From Pseudomonadota bacterium (GTDB taxonomy: Bacteria; Pseudomonadota; Gammaproteobacteria; JAKAQQ01): DNA of 64,000 nt. The notes below the pieces were generated by a model. It was given only the letters and a program-made list of their open reading frames with translations. It had not been told where the DNA came from and did no database searches. Positions 10,503-17,979 of the stretch are shown here, piece after piece (the first letter of the stretch is position 1; every line of letters begins with the position of its first letter). The position numbers and the translations under genes were made by a program. The stretch is from assembly GCA_027320085.1 (NCBI GenBank), contig DAHVLZ010000009.1, positions 64,001-128,000 on the forward strand, read 5' to 3'.

Positions 10503-11374
10503 GCCGTGGGCGAGTCCGGAGGGGCCGGTGGCGGTGGAGGTTTCTGACGCCGCACCTCAAGTAGCTGGATCCGCCGTCGGTCGGCGCGAAGCACCCTGAA
10601 ACGAAGCGCACCGATCTCCCAGGTTTCACCCCGGCTGGGGACCCGGCCCCACTGGTCGACCAAAAATCCCCCGATCGTATCGAACTCGTCTTCCGGCAAG
10701 GCCATCTTGAAATGCTGGTTGAACTCCGGCAGGCTCGTCAGTCCACGCACGGTATAGCGCTGACGGCTGTGCTCCAGGATATTGCCTTCCGTCTCGAGGT
10801 CGTACTCGTCGCCGATCTCGCCCACGATCTCTTCGAGCACATCCTCAAGCGTCACGAGTCCCGCGACCCCACCGAACTCGTCGATGGCCACCGCCATGTG
10901 GTTGCGCGTACTGCGGAATTCCCGGAGCAGTAAATTCAGGGCCTTGGTTTCAGGCACAAACAGCATGGGCCTAAGGTAGTCCCGCAGGCCGAAATGGCGG
11001 GCCCGCTGTTCGTAGTGAGCCAGGAGATCCTTGGCGAGCAGAAGTCCTACGACCTGGTCCCGGCTCTCCCCAATCACCGGAAATCGCGAGTGTCCCGACG
11101 CGACCACAGTCGAGAGCACCTGAGCCAGAGACTCCTCTTCCTGGATCACGATCATCTGTCCGTGGGGGATCATGACATCACTGACCCGCTGCTCTCCGAC
11201 CTTGAGCACGCCCTTGAACATGTCACGGGCATCCGGATCCAGAACCCCGTTGGCAAAAGCTTCTTCCACCACCGCCAGAAAGGCCTGGCGGTCGCGTACC
11301 TCACGTCCCAGGATCTGCCCCAGTCGTCCGATCCAGCCGGGGGATGCGGAGGATGGAGGTTCTTCCACGGACAT
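10499..11374 (-). CDS. corC: CorC/HlyC family CBS-pair transporter-associated protein
   Basis: SGHSRFPV, DEFGGVAGLVTLEDVLEEIVGEIGDE; ybeY-corC-lnt synteny. Confidence 0.92.
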   Translation of the reverse strand: MSVEEPPSSASPGWIGRLGQILGREVRDRQAFLAVVEEAFANGVLDPDARDMFKGVLKVGEQRVSDVMIPHGQMIVIQEEESLAQVLSTVVASGHSRFPVIGESRDQVVGLLLAKDLLAHYEQRARHFGLRDYLRPMLFVPETKALNLLLREFRSTRNHMAVAIDEFGGVAGLVTLEDVLEEIVGEIGDEYDLETEGNILEHSRQRYTVRGLTSLPEFNQHFKMALPEDEFDTIGGFLVDQWGRVPSRGETWEIGALRFRVLRADRRRIQLLEVRRQKPPPPPAPPDSPTA

Positions 11375-11847
11375 TAGCGGGATCTCCGGGAGGTTCTGGC
11401 CGGTGGATTTGCGTAGGGATCGGGGATCCGAAACTGGCCAAGCAGGCGGATCTCGAGGGCTTCCATGCGGGATCGCTCGACCGGATGCTCGTGGTCGTAG
11501 CCCAGAAGATGGAGAAAACCATGCACGGTGAGGTGGGCGAAGTGATCCCGCAGAGGGCGCCCTGCACTTTTGGCCTCGGCCGCGATGACCGGCGCACAGA
11601 GGACGATATCACCCCAGAACCGTTCCCGCTCACCCGGGAGACAGGCCGGAAACGACAGGACGTTGGTCGGCCCGCTCCGGCGCCGGTAACGCTCATTCAG
11701 CGTAGCCCCTTCCCGAGCGTCGCTCACCCGGATGCTCACCGCACCCTCCACGTCAAGCGCCTCGGCCGTCCGGTCGATCCACCGACCGAACGCGAGCGGT
11801 TGTGGCAAGCCGCGCCGGACCAGTCCATAGCTCACCGCAACCTGCAT
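11374..11847 (-). CDS. ybeY: rRNA maturation endoribonuclease YbeY
   Basis: TNVLSF and HGFLHLLGYDH zinc motif. Confidence 0.96.
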   Translation of the reverse strand: MQVAVSYGLVRRGLPQPLAFGRWIDRTAEALDVEGAVSIRVSDAREGATLNERYRRRSGPTNVLSFPACLPGERERFWGDIVLCAPVIAAEAKSAGRPLRDHFAHLTVHGFLHLLGYDHEHPVERSRMEALEIRLLGQFRIPDPYANPPARTSRRSR

Positions 11848-12845
11848 CAGGAGCCTCCCTGCCCCGCGCCCTCATAGGCCTGGATGATGCGCTTGACCAG
11901 CGGGTGACGGCGGACATCCCGGTGGTCAAACCGGACCACGCCGACTTCAGGCAGGTTCTCGAGGATCCCCAGCGCATGGGGCAGACCCGAGCGTTCCGGG
12001 CGGGGCAGGTCGATCTGCGTGAGATCACCGGTCACCACCGCCTTCGAACCAAAACCGATGCGGGTCAGAAACATTTTCATCTGCTCGACAGTCGTGTTTT
12101 GGGCCTCGTCGAGCAGGATGTAGGACCGGTTGAGCGTCCGGCCCCGCATGTAGGCGAGGGGGGCAATTTCGATCACGGCGCGCTCAAGATGGCGCATAAC
12201 CTTTTCGTATCCCAAAAACTCGTGGAGCGCATCGTAGATGGGTTTGAGGTAAGGGTCGATCTTCTGGCTCAGGTCTCCTGGGAGGAAGCCCAGTCGTTCT
12301 CCCGCCTCGACGGCGGGACGTACCAGAACCAGCCTTTCGCAGACCCCCTGTTCGAGCAGCGCAGCCCCCTCCGCGACCGCGAGATAGGTCTTGCCGGTAC
12401 CAGCGGGACCAACCCCGAAGGTGAGGTCCAGAAGCCGGATCAACCGAAGATATTCCGTCTGATGCTCTCCATGGGGGTCGACGTGGACGCGACCGGTGTT
12501 GGTTGGTGCGCGGCGGCTGCTCGCGTCCACGCGACGGTCGGTTTCGACGACGGACTCGAGCATTTCTTCGATACGTTGCACCTCGAACGGTTCATCCATC
12601 TCGCGGGCATACAATCCGCGCAACAGCCGTCCCGCCGTCTCAACGGCCCGGGCTTCGCCCAGGAGTCGGAAACGATTCCCGCGGTTTTTGATCTCGATCC
12701 CGAGATGAGCCTCGATCTGGCGCAGGTGGTCATCCATGGGTCCGCACAGCCGGGCCAGACGGTCATTATCCGGAGGTTCGAGAATCACCTCGGCGCCGCG
12801 CATCGGGCCCGTGGGCTTAAAGCGATGGTCGCTGTGTCCGGTCAT
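11847..12845 (-). CDS. ybeZ: PhoH-like ATPase YbeZ
   Basis: GPAGTGKT, RPAVEAGERLGFLPG, YMRGRTL, LDEAQN. Confidence 0.95.
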   Translation of the reverse strand: MTGHSDHRFKPTGPMRGAEVILEPPDNDRLARLCGPMDDHLRQIEAHLGIEIKNRGNRFRLLGEARAVETAGRLLRGLYAREMDEPFEVQRIEEMLESVVETDRRVDASSRRAPTNTGRVHVDPHGEHQTEYLRLIRLLDLTFGVGPAGTGKTYLAVAEGAALLEQGVCERLVLVRPAVEAGERLGFLPGDLSQKIDPYLKPIYDALHEFLGYEKVMRHLERAVIEIAPLAYMRGRTLNRSYILLDEAQNTTVEQMKMFLTRIGFGSKAVVTGDLTQIDLPRPERSGLPHALGILENLPEVGVVRFDHRDVRRHPLVKRIIQAYEGAGQGGS

Positions 12846-14211
12846 GACTCATGGAACGTACGCTCTCAATTCCAGCCCGCCGTCCCCTCAGGCAGTTGGT
12901 CAATCCCTGGGTCACCTCGACTTCGACCATCGCCCCCAGAAGATCGGGAGGGCCCGAGAAATGGACCCAATGGTTGGTCCCTTCCCGTCCGGACAAGGCG
13001 GAAGGATCCGGCTCCCCGGTCCGTTCCACGAGCACGGAAACCCGCTGCCCCACGCGCGTCCGGCTCAAGTCCAAGGCCTGTCGGTCGAGCAGCGCCTTGA
13101 GGCGGTTGAAGCGTTCATGCCGGATGGAATCCGGCACCGGGTCCGGCAACGAAGCGGCCGGAGTCCCAGGCCTTGGACTATAGAGAAAGAGGAAGGACTG
13201 ATCGAACCCCACATCCCGAACCAGATCAAACGTGTTTTCAAAGTCCCGATCGGTTTCGCCGGGAAAGCCCACAATGAGATCCGTGGTCAAGGCGAGATCG
13301 GCCCGGGCCGCGCGCAGACGTCTGACCTTGGATCGGTACTCGAGCGTCGTATACCCCCGTTTCATGGCCGCGAGAATCCGGTCGGATCCGCTCTGGATCG
13401 GCAGATGCAGGTGGGGGGCCAGTTTCGACTCCTCCCGGAAGGCCCGGATGAGGCGGTCACCCAGCTCGATCGGGTGGGATGTCGTAAATCGGATCCTTTG
13501 GATGGAATCGATGGCCGCGGTATAGTGGATGAGATCGGCGAGATCACGCCGGACTCCCCTCCAGTCCGCCTGATAGGCGTTCACGTTTTGCCCGAGAAAG
13601 GTGATCTCCCGCACACCGGATTCTGCGAGCGTCCAGACCTCCGCCAGAATGTCGGCGAAGGGCCGGTTCGCCTCCTCCCCCCGGGTATAGGGAACGATGC
13701 AAAAACTGCAGTACTTGCTGCAGCCCTCCATGATCGACACGAAGGCGCACGGACCCGACCGACGCGGGGCGGGAAGGGCATCGAATTTCTCAATGGCGGG
13801 AAAGCGAACGTCCACCTGCGGCCTTCCCGAAGCCTCCCGTTCGCCCAGGAGGGCAGGCAGGCGCTGCAGGGTCTGGGGTCCGAACACCACATCGACAAAA
13901 GGAGCCCGTGCGAGGAGCGTTGGGCCTTCCTGGCTCGCGACACAGCCACCCACCGCAATTCGGAGACCGGGGTTATCCGCCTTGAGCAGTCGCCACCGGC
14001 CCAGGCGGGAGAGCGCCTTGTCGAAGGCCTTTTCCCGGACGGAACAGGTATTGAGGACGAGCAGATCGGCCCCCTCCGGCCGGTCGGCCGGGAGGTAACC
14101 TTCTGTTTCTCTAAGAATTTCGAGCATCTGGCCCGAATCGTAGACGTTCATCTGGCATCCTTGCGTCTCGATGTACACCCGTTTCGGTTGCCGGCTCCGC
14201 GTTGCGGTCAT
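12817..14211 (-). CDS. miaB: tRNA-i6A37 methylthiotransferase MiaB
   Basis: GCQMNVYDS, NTCSVREKA, radical SAM CSKYCSFC, C-terminal TRAM-like region. Start ATG 14211. Confidence 0.96.
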   Translation of the reverse strand: MTATRSRQPKRVYIETQGCQMNVYDSGQMLEILRETEGYLPADRPEGADLLVLNTCSVREKAFDKALSRLGRWRLLKADNPGLRIAVGGCVASQEGPTLLARAPFVDVVFGPQTLQRLPALLGEREASGRPQVDVRFPAIEKFDALPAPRRSGPCAFVSIMEGCSKYCSFCIVPYTRGEEANRPFADILAEVWTLAESGVREITFLGQNVNAYQADWRGVRRDLADLIHYTAAIDSIQRIRFTTSHPIELGDRLIRAFREESKLAPHLHLPIQSGSDRILAAMKRGYTTLEYRSKVRRLRAARADLALTTDLIVGFPGETDRDFENTFDLVRDVGFDQSFLFLYSPRPGTPAASLPDPVPDSIRHERFNRLKALLDRQALDLSRTRVGQRVSVLVERTGEPDPSALSGREGTNHWVHFSGPPDLLGAMVEVEVTQGLTNCLRGRRAGIESVRSMSHDRTQRPSL

Positions 14212-14216
14212 GGCCC

Positions 14217-14225
14217 ATTCTAGCA
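14217..14225 (-). promoter_or_regulatory. Extended -10 promoter (TGcTAGAAT) of miaB, possibly leaderless
   Basis: Minus strand TGCTAGAATgggccATG; no clear Shine-Dalgarno. Confidence 0.45.
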
Positions 14226-14242
14226 AAGGGGGCGTGGCGGGG

Positions 14243-15964
14243 TCAGGATCCGGATGCGACCTCGCCCCCGATGTAGCCCAAATGCTCGAGCTTGAGCATG
14301 ATTTGCTGGCAGGCCTCCTCCGGGGTGAGTTCCGTGGTATCAATCGCGAGGTCCGGATGGAGGGGAGCCTCGTAGGGATCGCTCACTCCTGTAAAGTCGG
14401 GAATCAGTCCAGCCCGGGCCCGGGCGTAGAGTCCCTTGCGGTCACGCCCCTCGCAGATGGCCAGCGGGGTCGAGATGTAGACCTCGACAAAACCGCCCCC
14501 CCGGGATTCCACCATTTCACGGACCTCCTCGCGGGTCCGTGCATAGGGGGCAATGGGCGCACAGATGGCACAGCCTCCGCTCTTGCTGATTTCGGAGGCC
14601 ACGAAACCCAGGCGGCGGATGTGGAGGTCGCGGTGCTCACGGGAAAAGCCGAGCTCGCTGGAGAGCGTCCGCCGGACGAGATCGCCGTCGAGCAGGGTCA
14701 CGGGCCGTCCGCCCTGCTCCAGGAGTTTCTCGGCCAAGGCATGGGCCACCGTCGATTTCCCGGCCCCGGAAAGGCCGGTCAGAAACACGGTGAGCCCGCG
14801 CCGGGCAAGCGGGGGTTGGCTTTTCCGGAGTTCCGCGATGACTTCGGGGAAGGAAAACCACTCCGGAATCTCGAGCCCGAGCGCGAGCCGGCGTCGAAGC
14901 TCGGTGCCGGACAGGGTGAGCGACTCCTCGCCGGGGGCCAGTTCATCCGCCGGCAGATACTCCCCCCGACGGGGCGCATAGACCATCTCATCAAAGGCGA
15001 CGACCCCGATCCCGATCTCCCCGGCATGGGCCAAGGCCGCCTCACGTGCCGCATAAGGCGGATAAAACGGCCTCCCCTCGCTGTCTCGACCCGGCCCGGC
15101 GTGATCCCGACCCACGATGAGGTCGGTGGCCCCGCAGTTCTTCCGGATAATCATGTGGAGGAGAACCTCGCGCGGACCTCCCATGCGCATGGCCAGAGGC
15201 AGAAGCGCAAGCAGGGTCGTGGAAGACGGATAGTGGGCAAAAACCCTCTGGTAACAGCGGACACGGGTATGGGCATCGACATCACCCGGCCGTGTCATGC
15301 CCACGGACGGATGAATCAATAGATTGGCCTCCCGCTCGCGCGCAGCGCGGAAGGTGAGTTCGAAATGGGCCCGATGGAGGGGATTTCTCGTCTGGAAGGC
15401 AATGATCCGCCGCCAGCCCAGGGCCTTGAAACGCGCACGGAGTTCGTTCGGACCGAGTCTCAGGTGCCGGAAGTCGTAATGGGGAGGTGGGGTGAGCCCC
15501 GTGAGCCGGCCCGTGAGATAGACCGGATGGGTCGCCTCGAGGAGATACCGGACAGCCGGATGGGCGGGATCCACGGTCCCGAAAACCAGCCGTGCTTCCT
15601 CCCGCCGGTCCGGCCGGTACTTTTCCGTCACCTCGAGGGCAGCGAGCGGGATACCTTCCGGGTCACAAAGCTCAAGGAGCCCTCCGGAATCCAGCCGTTC
15701 GGCCAGATCCTCCGGCACATCCAGCGTGACCGGCAACGGCCAGAGCGTCCCATCGGCGAGCCGGCCTTCCGTCACCACCCGGGCATAGTCGTCCTCGCCG
15801 AGGAAAGTCTCAAGGGGGTGGAAAGAGCCATTCAAAAGAAGTTCGAGATCGCAGAGCTGCCGTCGCGAGAGCACCCATCGGAGAGCCGCACTCTCCCGCA
15901 TCCTTTCCATGAGCCGGGCTTTCCCTTCGGGGGAAGCGTAGTGTTCGGGGATCGGATCCAGCAT
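14243..15964 (-). CDS. cysC: Bifunctional sulfate adenylyltransferase / adenylylsulfate kinase (Sat-CysC fusion)
   Basis: Sat motifs FQTRNPLHRAH and VGRDHAG; APS kinase GLSGAGKST, LLDGD, RDRKGLY. Start taken at MLDPIPEH (15964). Confidence 0.93.
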   Translation of the reverse strand: MLDPIPEHYASPEGKARLMERMRESAALRWVLSRRQLCDLELLLNGSFHPLETFLGEDDYARVVTEGRLADGTLWPLPVTLDVPEDLAERLDSGGLLELCDPEGIPLAALEVTEKYRPDRREEARLVFGTVDPAHPAVRYLLEATHPVYLTGRLTGLTPPPHYDFRHLRLGPNELRARFKALGWRRIIAFQTRNPLHRAHFELTFRAAREREANLLIHPSVGMTRPGDVDAHTRVRCYQRVFAHYPSSTTLLALLPLAMRMGGPREVLLHMIIRKNCGATDLIVGRDHAGPGRDSEGRPFYPPYAAREAALAHAGEIGIGVVAFDEMVYAPRRGEYLPADELAPGEESLTLSGTELRRRLALGLEIPEWFSFPEVIAELRKSQPPLARRGLTVFLTGLSGAGKSTVAHALAEKLLEQGGRPVTLLDGDLVRRTLSSELGFSREHRDLHIRRLGFVASEISKSGGCAICAPIAPYARTREEVREMVESRGGGFVEVYISTPLAICEGRDRKGLYARARAGLIPDFTGVSDPYEAPLHPDLAIDTTELTPEEACQQIMLKLEHLGYIGGEVASGS

Positions 15965-16018
15965 GGGCGAGAGGCTCTGGGCAGGAGGCCACATTATAAG
16001 CAGGTCCACCCGGGGGAT

Positions 16019-16034
16019 TGGCATTAAACCTGCA
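16019..16034 (+). promoter_or_regulatory. Sigma54 (-24/-12) promoter of pilin 1
   Basis: TGGCATTAAACCTGCA: GG-N10-GC, 40 bp upstream of the pilin ATG. Confidence 0.7.
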
Positions 16035-16073
16035 GGACATGGATTGAAGGCGGCTCGGAACTGGTGGCTTTCC

Positions 16074-16514
16074 ATGCGTCAGGACTCTGGTTTTACCCTG
16101 ATCGAGCTCATGATCGTGATCCTGATCGTGGGCGTTCTCGCGACCATCGCGATCCCGGCCTACGAAAACGATATTGCAAGGGCCCAAGCCATGGAAGCGC
16201 TTTCGATCGCAGGCGGTCTCAAGCCGACGATCGCCTCGCTTTGGTGGAGCAACGGCAGCTTCACCGGCATCAACTCGGGACAAAACGGAATCCCGGAAGC
16301 GGCCAGCCTGGCCGGTCATTATGTGGCCCAGGTCGGGGTGAAAAACGGGATCATCCAGGCTGTCTTCAAGACTCACGGGGTCGTGCCCGGACTCGCCGGC
16401 AAAACGCTCACGCTGGAACCCCAATCCGCGAGCTATGGCGGCTCGATCCAGTGGGTCTGCAGCAGCGCGACCATCGATCCGACCCTTCTCCCCCATGCCT
16501 GTAACGGACCCTGA
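16074..16514 (+). CDS. Type IVa pilin 1 (minor or alternative pilin)
   Basis: Class III signal MRQDSG|FTLIELMIV; C-terminal disulfide loop C..C ending CNGP; weak RBS. Confidence 0.92.
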   Translation: MRQDSGFTLIELMIVILIVGVLATIAIPAYENDIARAQAMEALSIAGGLKPTIASLWWSNGSFTGINSGQNGIPEAASLAGHYVAQVGVKNGIIQAVFKTHGVVPGLAGKTLTLEPQSASYGGSIQWVCSSATIDPTLLPHACNGP

Positions 16515-16566
16515 CAATTTGGGTCAGAAGGTGACGCAAAATGTCACTATCTGACAATAAATGTCA
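16512..16566. promoter_or_regulatory. Three palindromic TGAC-N7-GTCA boxes at 20 bp period (probable PilR upstream activating sequence)
   Basis: TGACaatttggGTCA (16512), TGACgcaaaatGTCA (16532), TGACaataaatGTCA (16552); about 90-140 bp upstream of a sigma54 promoter. Confidence 0.72.
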
Positions 16567-16652
16567 TGCCTTTCTAGGATCTGGGCACCTGGTCCCAAGG
16601 AGCCATGCGGGAACTGGGCTTAAAGTCCGTGGACAGCATAATGGAACCAGTC

Positions 16653-16668
16653 TGGCATCAATCCTGCA
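16653..16668 (+). promoter_or_regulatory. Sigma54 (-24/-12) promoter of major pilin
   Basis: TGGCATCAATCCTGCA: GG-N10-GC; sigma54 control of pilA is well established. Confidence 0.8.
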
Positions 16669-16757
16669 GGTATACTTATGCGGGGATCCTTTGGGGAGAA
16701 CCCTTGGAACCGCGGCTAGGAATCGAGTCAACATTTATTTTTTAGAGGTAAAAAGCC

Positions 16758-17216
16758 ATGAACAGTCAAAAGGGGTTCACCCTGATCGAACTCATGATCG
16801 TGGTCGCGATCATCGGCATCCTGGCCGCCATTGCGATCCCGGCCTATGAGAACTACGTCGCGAAAGCCCAGTTCACCGAGGCGATTTCGCTCATCAGCGG
16901 CCAGAAGATCCCGGTCGCGAACTATTACATGCAGAACAATAGCTGCCCGGCGAGCGGGACCACGACCGGCTTCCCAAATGCCGCATCCATCGTCGGCAAG
17001 TACGTGGTCAGTGTGGCTGACGGCGGCACGTCCACTACGCTCGGAGGCTGCACGATCACGGCAACCTTCAAGACCACCGGCGTCAACTCGGGCCTTGCGG
17101 GCAACAACGTCGCGTTCACCATGCACATGGCCTCCCCAGGCGCACCCATGATCTGGGACTGCAGCAGCAGCACCATTTCCCAGTCGCTCATGCCGCGGAG
17201 CTGCAAAGGTACCTGA
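16758..17216 (+). CDS. pilA: Type IVa major pilin
   Basis: MNSQKG|FTLIELMIVVAIIGILAAIAIPAYENY; four Cys; strong RBS (AGAGGT); own promoter and terminator; ends CKGT. Confidence 0.95.
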   Translation: MNSQKGFTLIELMIVVAIIGILAAIAIPAYENYVAKAQFTEAISLISGQKIPVANYYMQNNSCPASGTTTGFPNAASIVGKYVVSVADGGTSTTLGGCTITATFKTTGVNSGLAGNNVAFTMHMASPGAPMIWDCSSSTISQSLMPRSCKGT

Positions 17217-17256
17217 TCTACCTGATCTTTCAGTTGACCTCCTCTGGAAGGGATCT

Positions 17257-17282
17257 AGCCCCGCGCAAGCGGGGCTTTTTTT
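17257..17282 (+). terminator. Intrinsic terminator after pilA
   Basis: AGCCCCGC-GCAA-GCGGGGCT-TTTTTT: perfect 8 bp stem, GNRA loop, U tract. Confidence 0.92.
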
Positions 17283-17352
17283 GGCACCGGGAGGGGGGTC
17301 TTGGAATGAGCGCGGCAACGGGCACGGATTCGTTACAATGAGGAAAGTCCGG

Positions 17353-17979
17353 ATGCCCCCCTTGTCACACGTCTTTTCCCTCTCTCCTGAACCCTGGCTC
17401 AAGATCCTCTGGATTTCCTGGGCGACAGTCTGGTTGATCGCCGCGCTCTGGACCGCTGGCTTCAAGCGCCGTCCGGTCGAGCAAAGTGAATGGCGTCTCT
17501 CCCGCCTGTCCATGGTCCTGGTCCTGATCCCGGCGTTTTTCCTCTGGACCCGACCCGCCGGATGGCTCCACCGTCCCCTCCTTCCGGGATTCTTCGTACT
17601 CCCGGGCCTCCTCATCTGTGCGGCTGGGATCGCTTTCTGTTTCTGGGCCCGTTTTGCGCTCAACCGGAACTGGAGCGGGATGGCCGTGCTCCGGATGGGG
17701 CATGAACTCGTCGAAAAAGGACCTTACCGTTACGTGCGGCATCCCATCTACTCGGGACTGCTCGTCTCGCTGGGCGGCACCGCCCTCGCACAAGGCCTAC
17801 CCCTCCGGTGGGTGGGCATCTGGTTCCTGAGCCTTATCGCCGTCTGGTTCAAGATCCTGGGCGAGGAACATCTCCTCGCCGAACGCTTTGGACAGGAGTT
17901 CAAAGCCTTCCGGGAGTCGACCCCCGCACTTTTCCCGCGCCTCACCCGGAGGCGAGGGCAGGCTTCCTCCCTTCCTTGA
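17353..17979 (+). CDS. Isoprenylcysteine carboxylmethyltransferase (ICMT/PEMT) family membrane methyltransferase
   Basis: Multi-TM; GPYRYVRHPIYSG and EEHLLAERFG motifs. TACAAT at 17334 and GAGGA favour ATG 17353. Confidence 0.85.
   Translation: MPPLSHVFSLSPEPWLKILWISWATVWLIAALWTAGFKRRPVEQSEWRLSRLSMVLVLIPAFFLWTRPAGWLHRPLLPGFFVLPGLLICAAGIAFCFWARFALNRNWSGMAVLRMGHELVEKGPYRYVRHPIYSGLLVSLGGTALAQGLPLRWVGIWFLSLIAVWFKILGEEHLLAERFGQEFKAFRESTPALFPRLTRRRGQASSLP

Noticed and set aside
16512-16566. Regularly spaced repeats as a mini CRISPR array
   Set aside because: 15 bp degenerate palindromes with 5 bp gaps and no cas genes; they fit a transcription-factor binding array.
17211-17228. ACCTGATCT tandem duplication at the pilA stop
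   Set aside because: Only two 9 bp copies with no associated element; too weak to call a target-site duplication or recombination scar.
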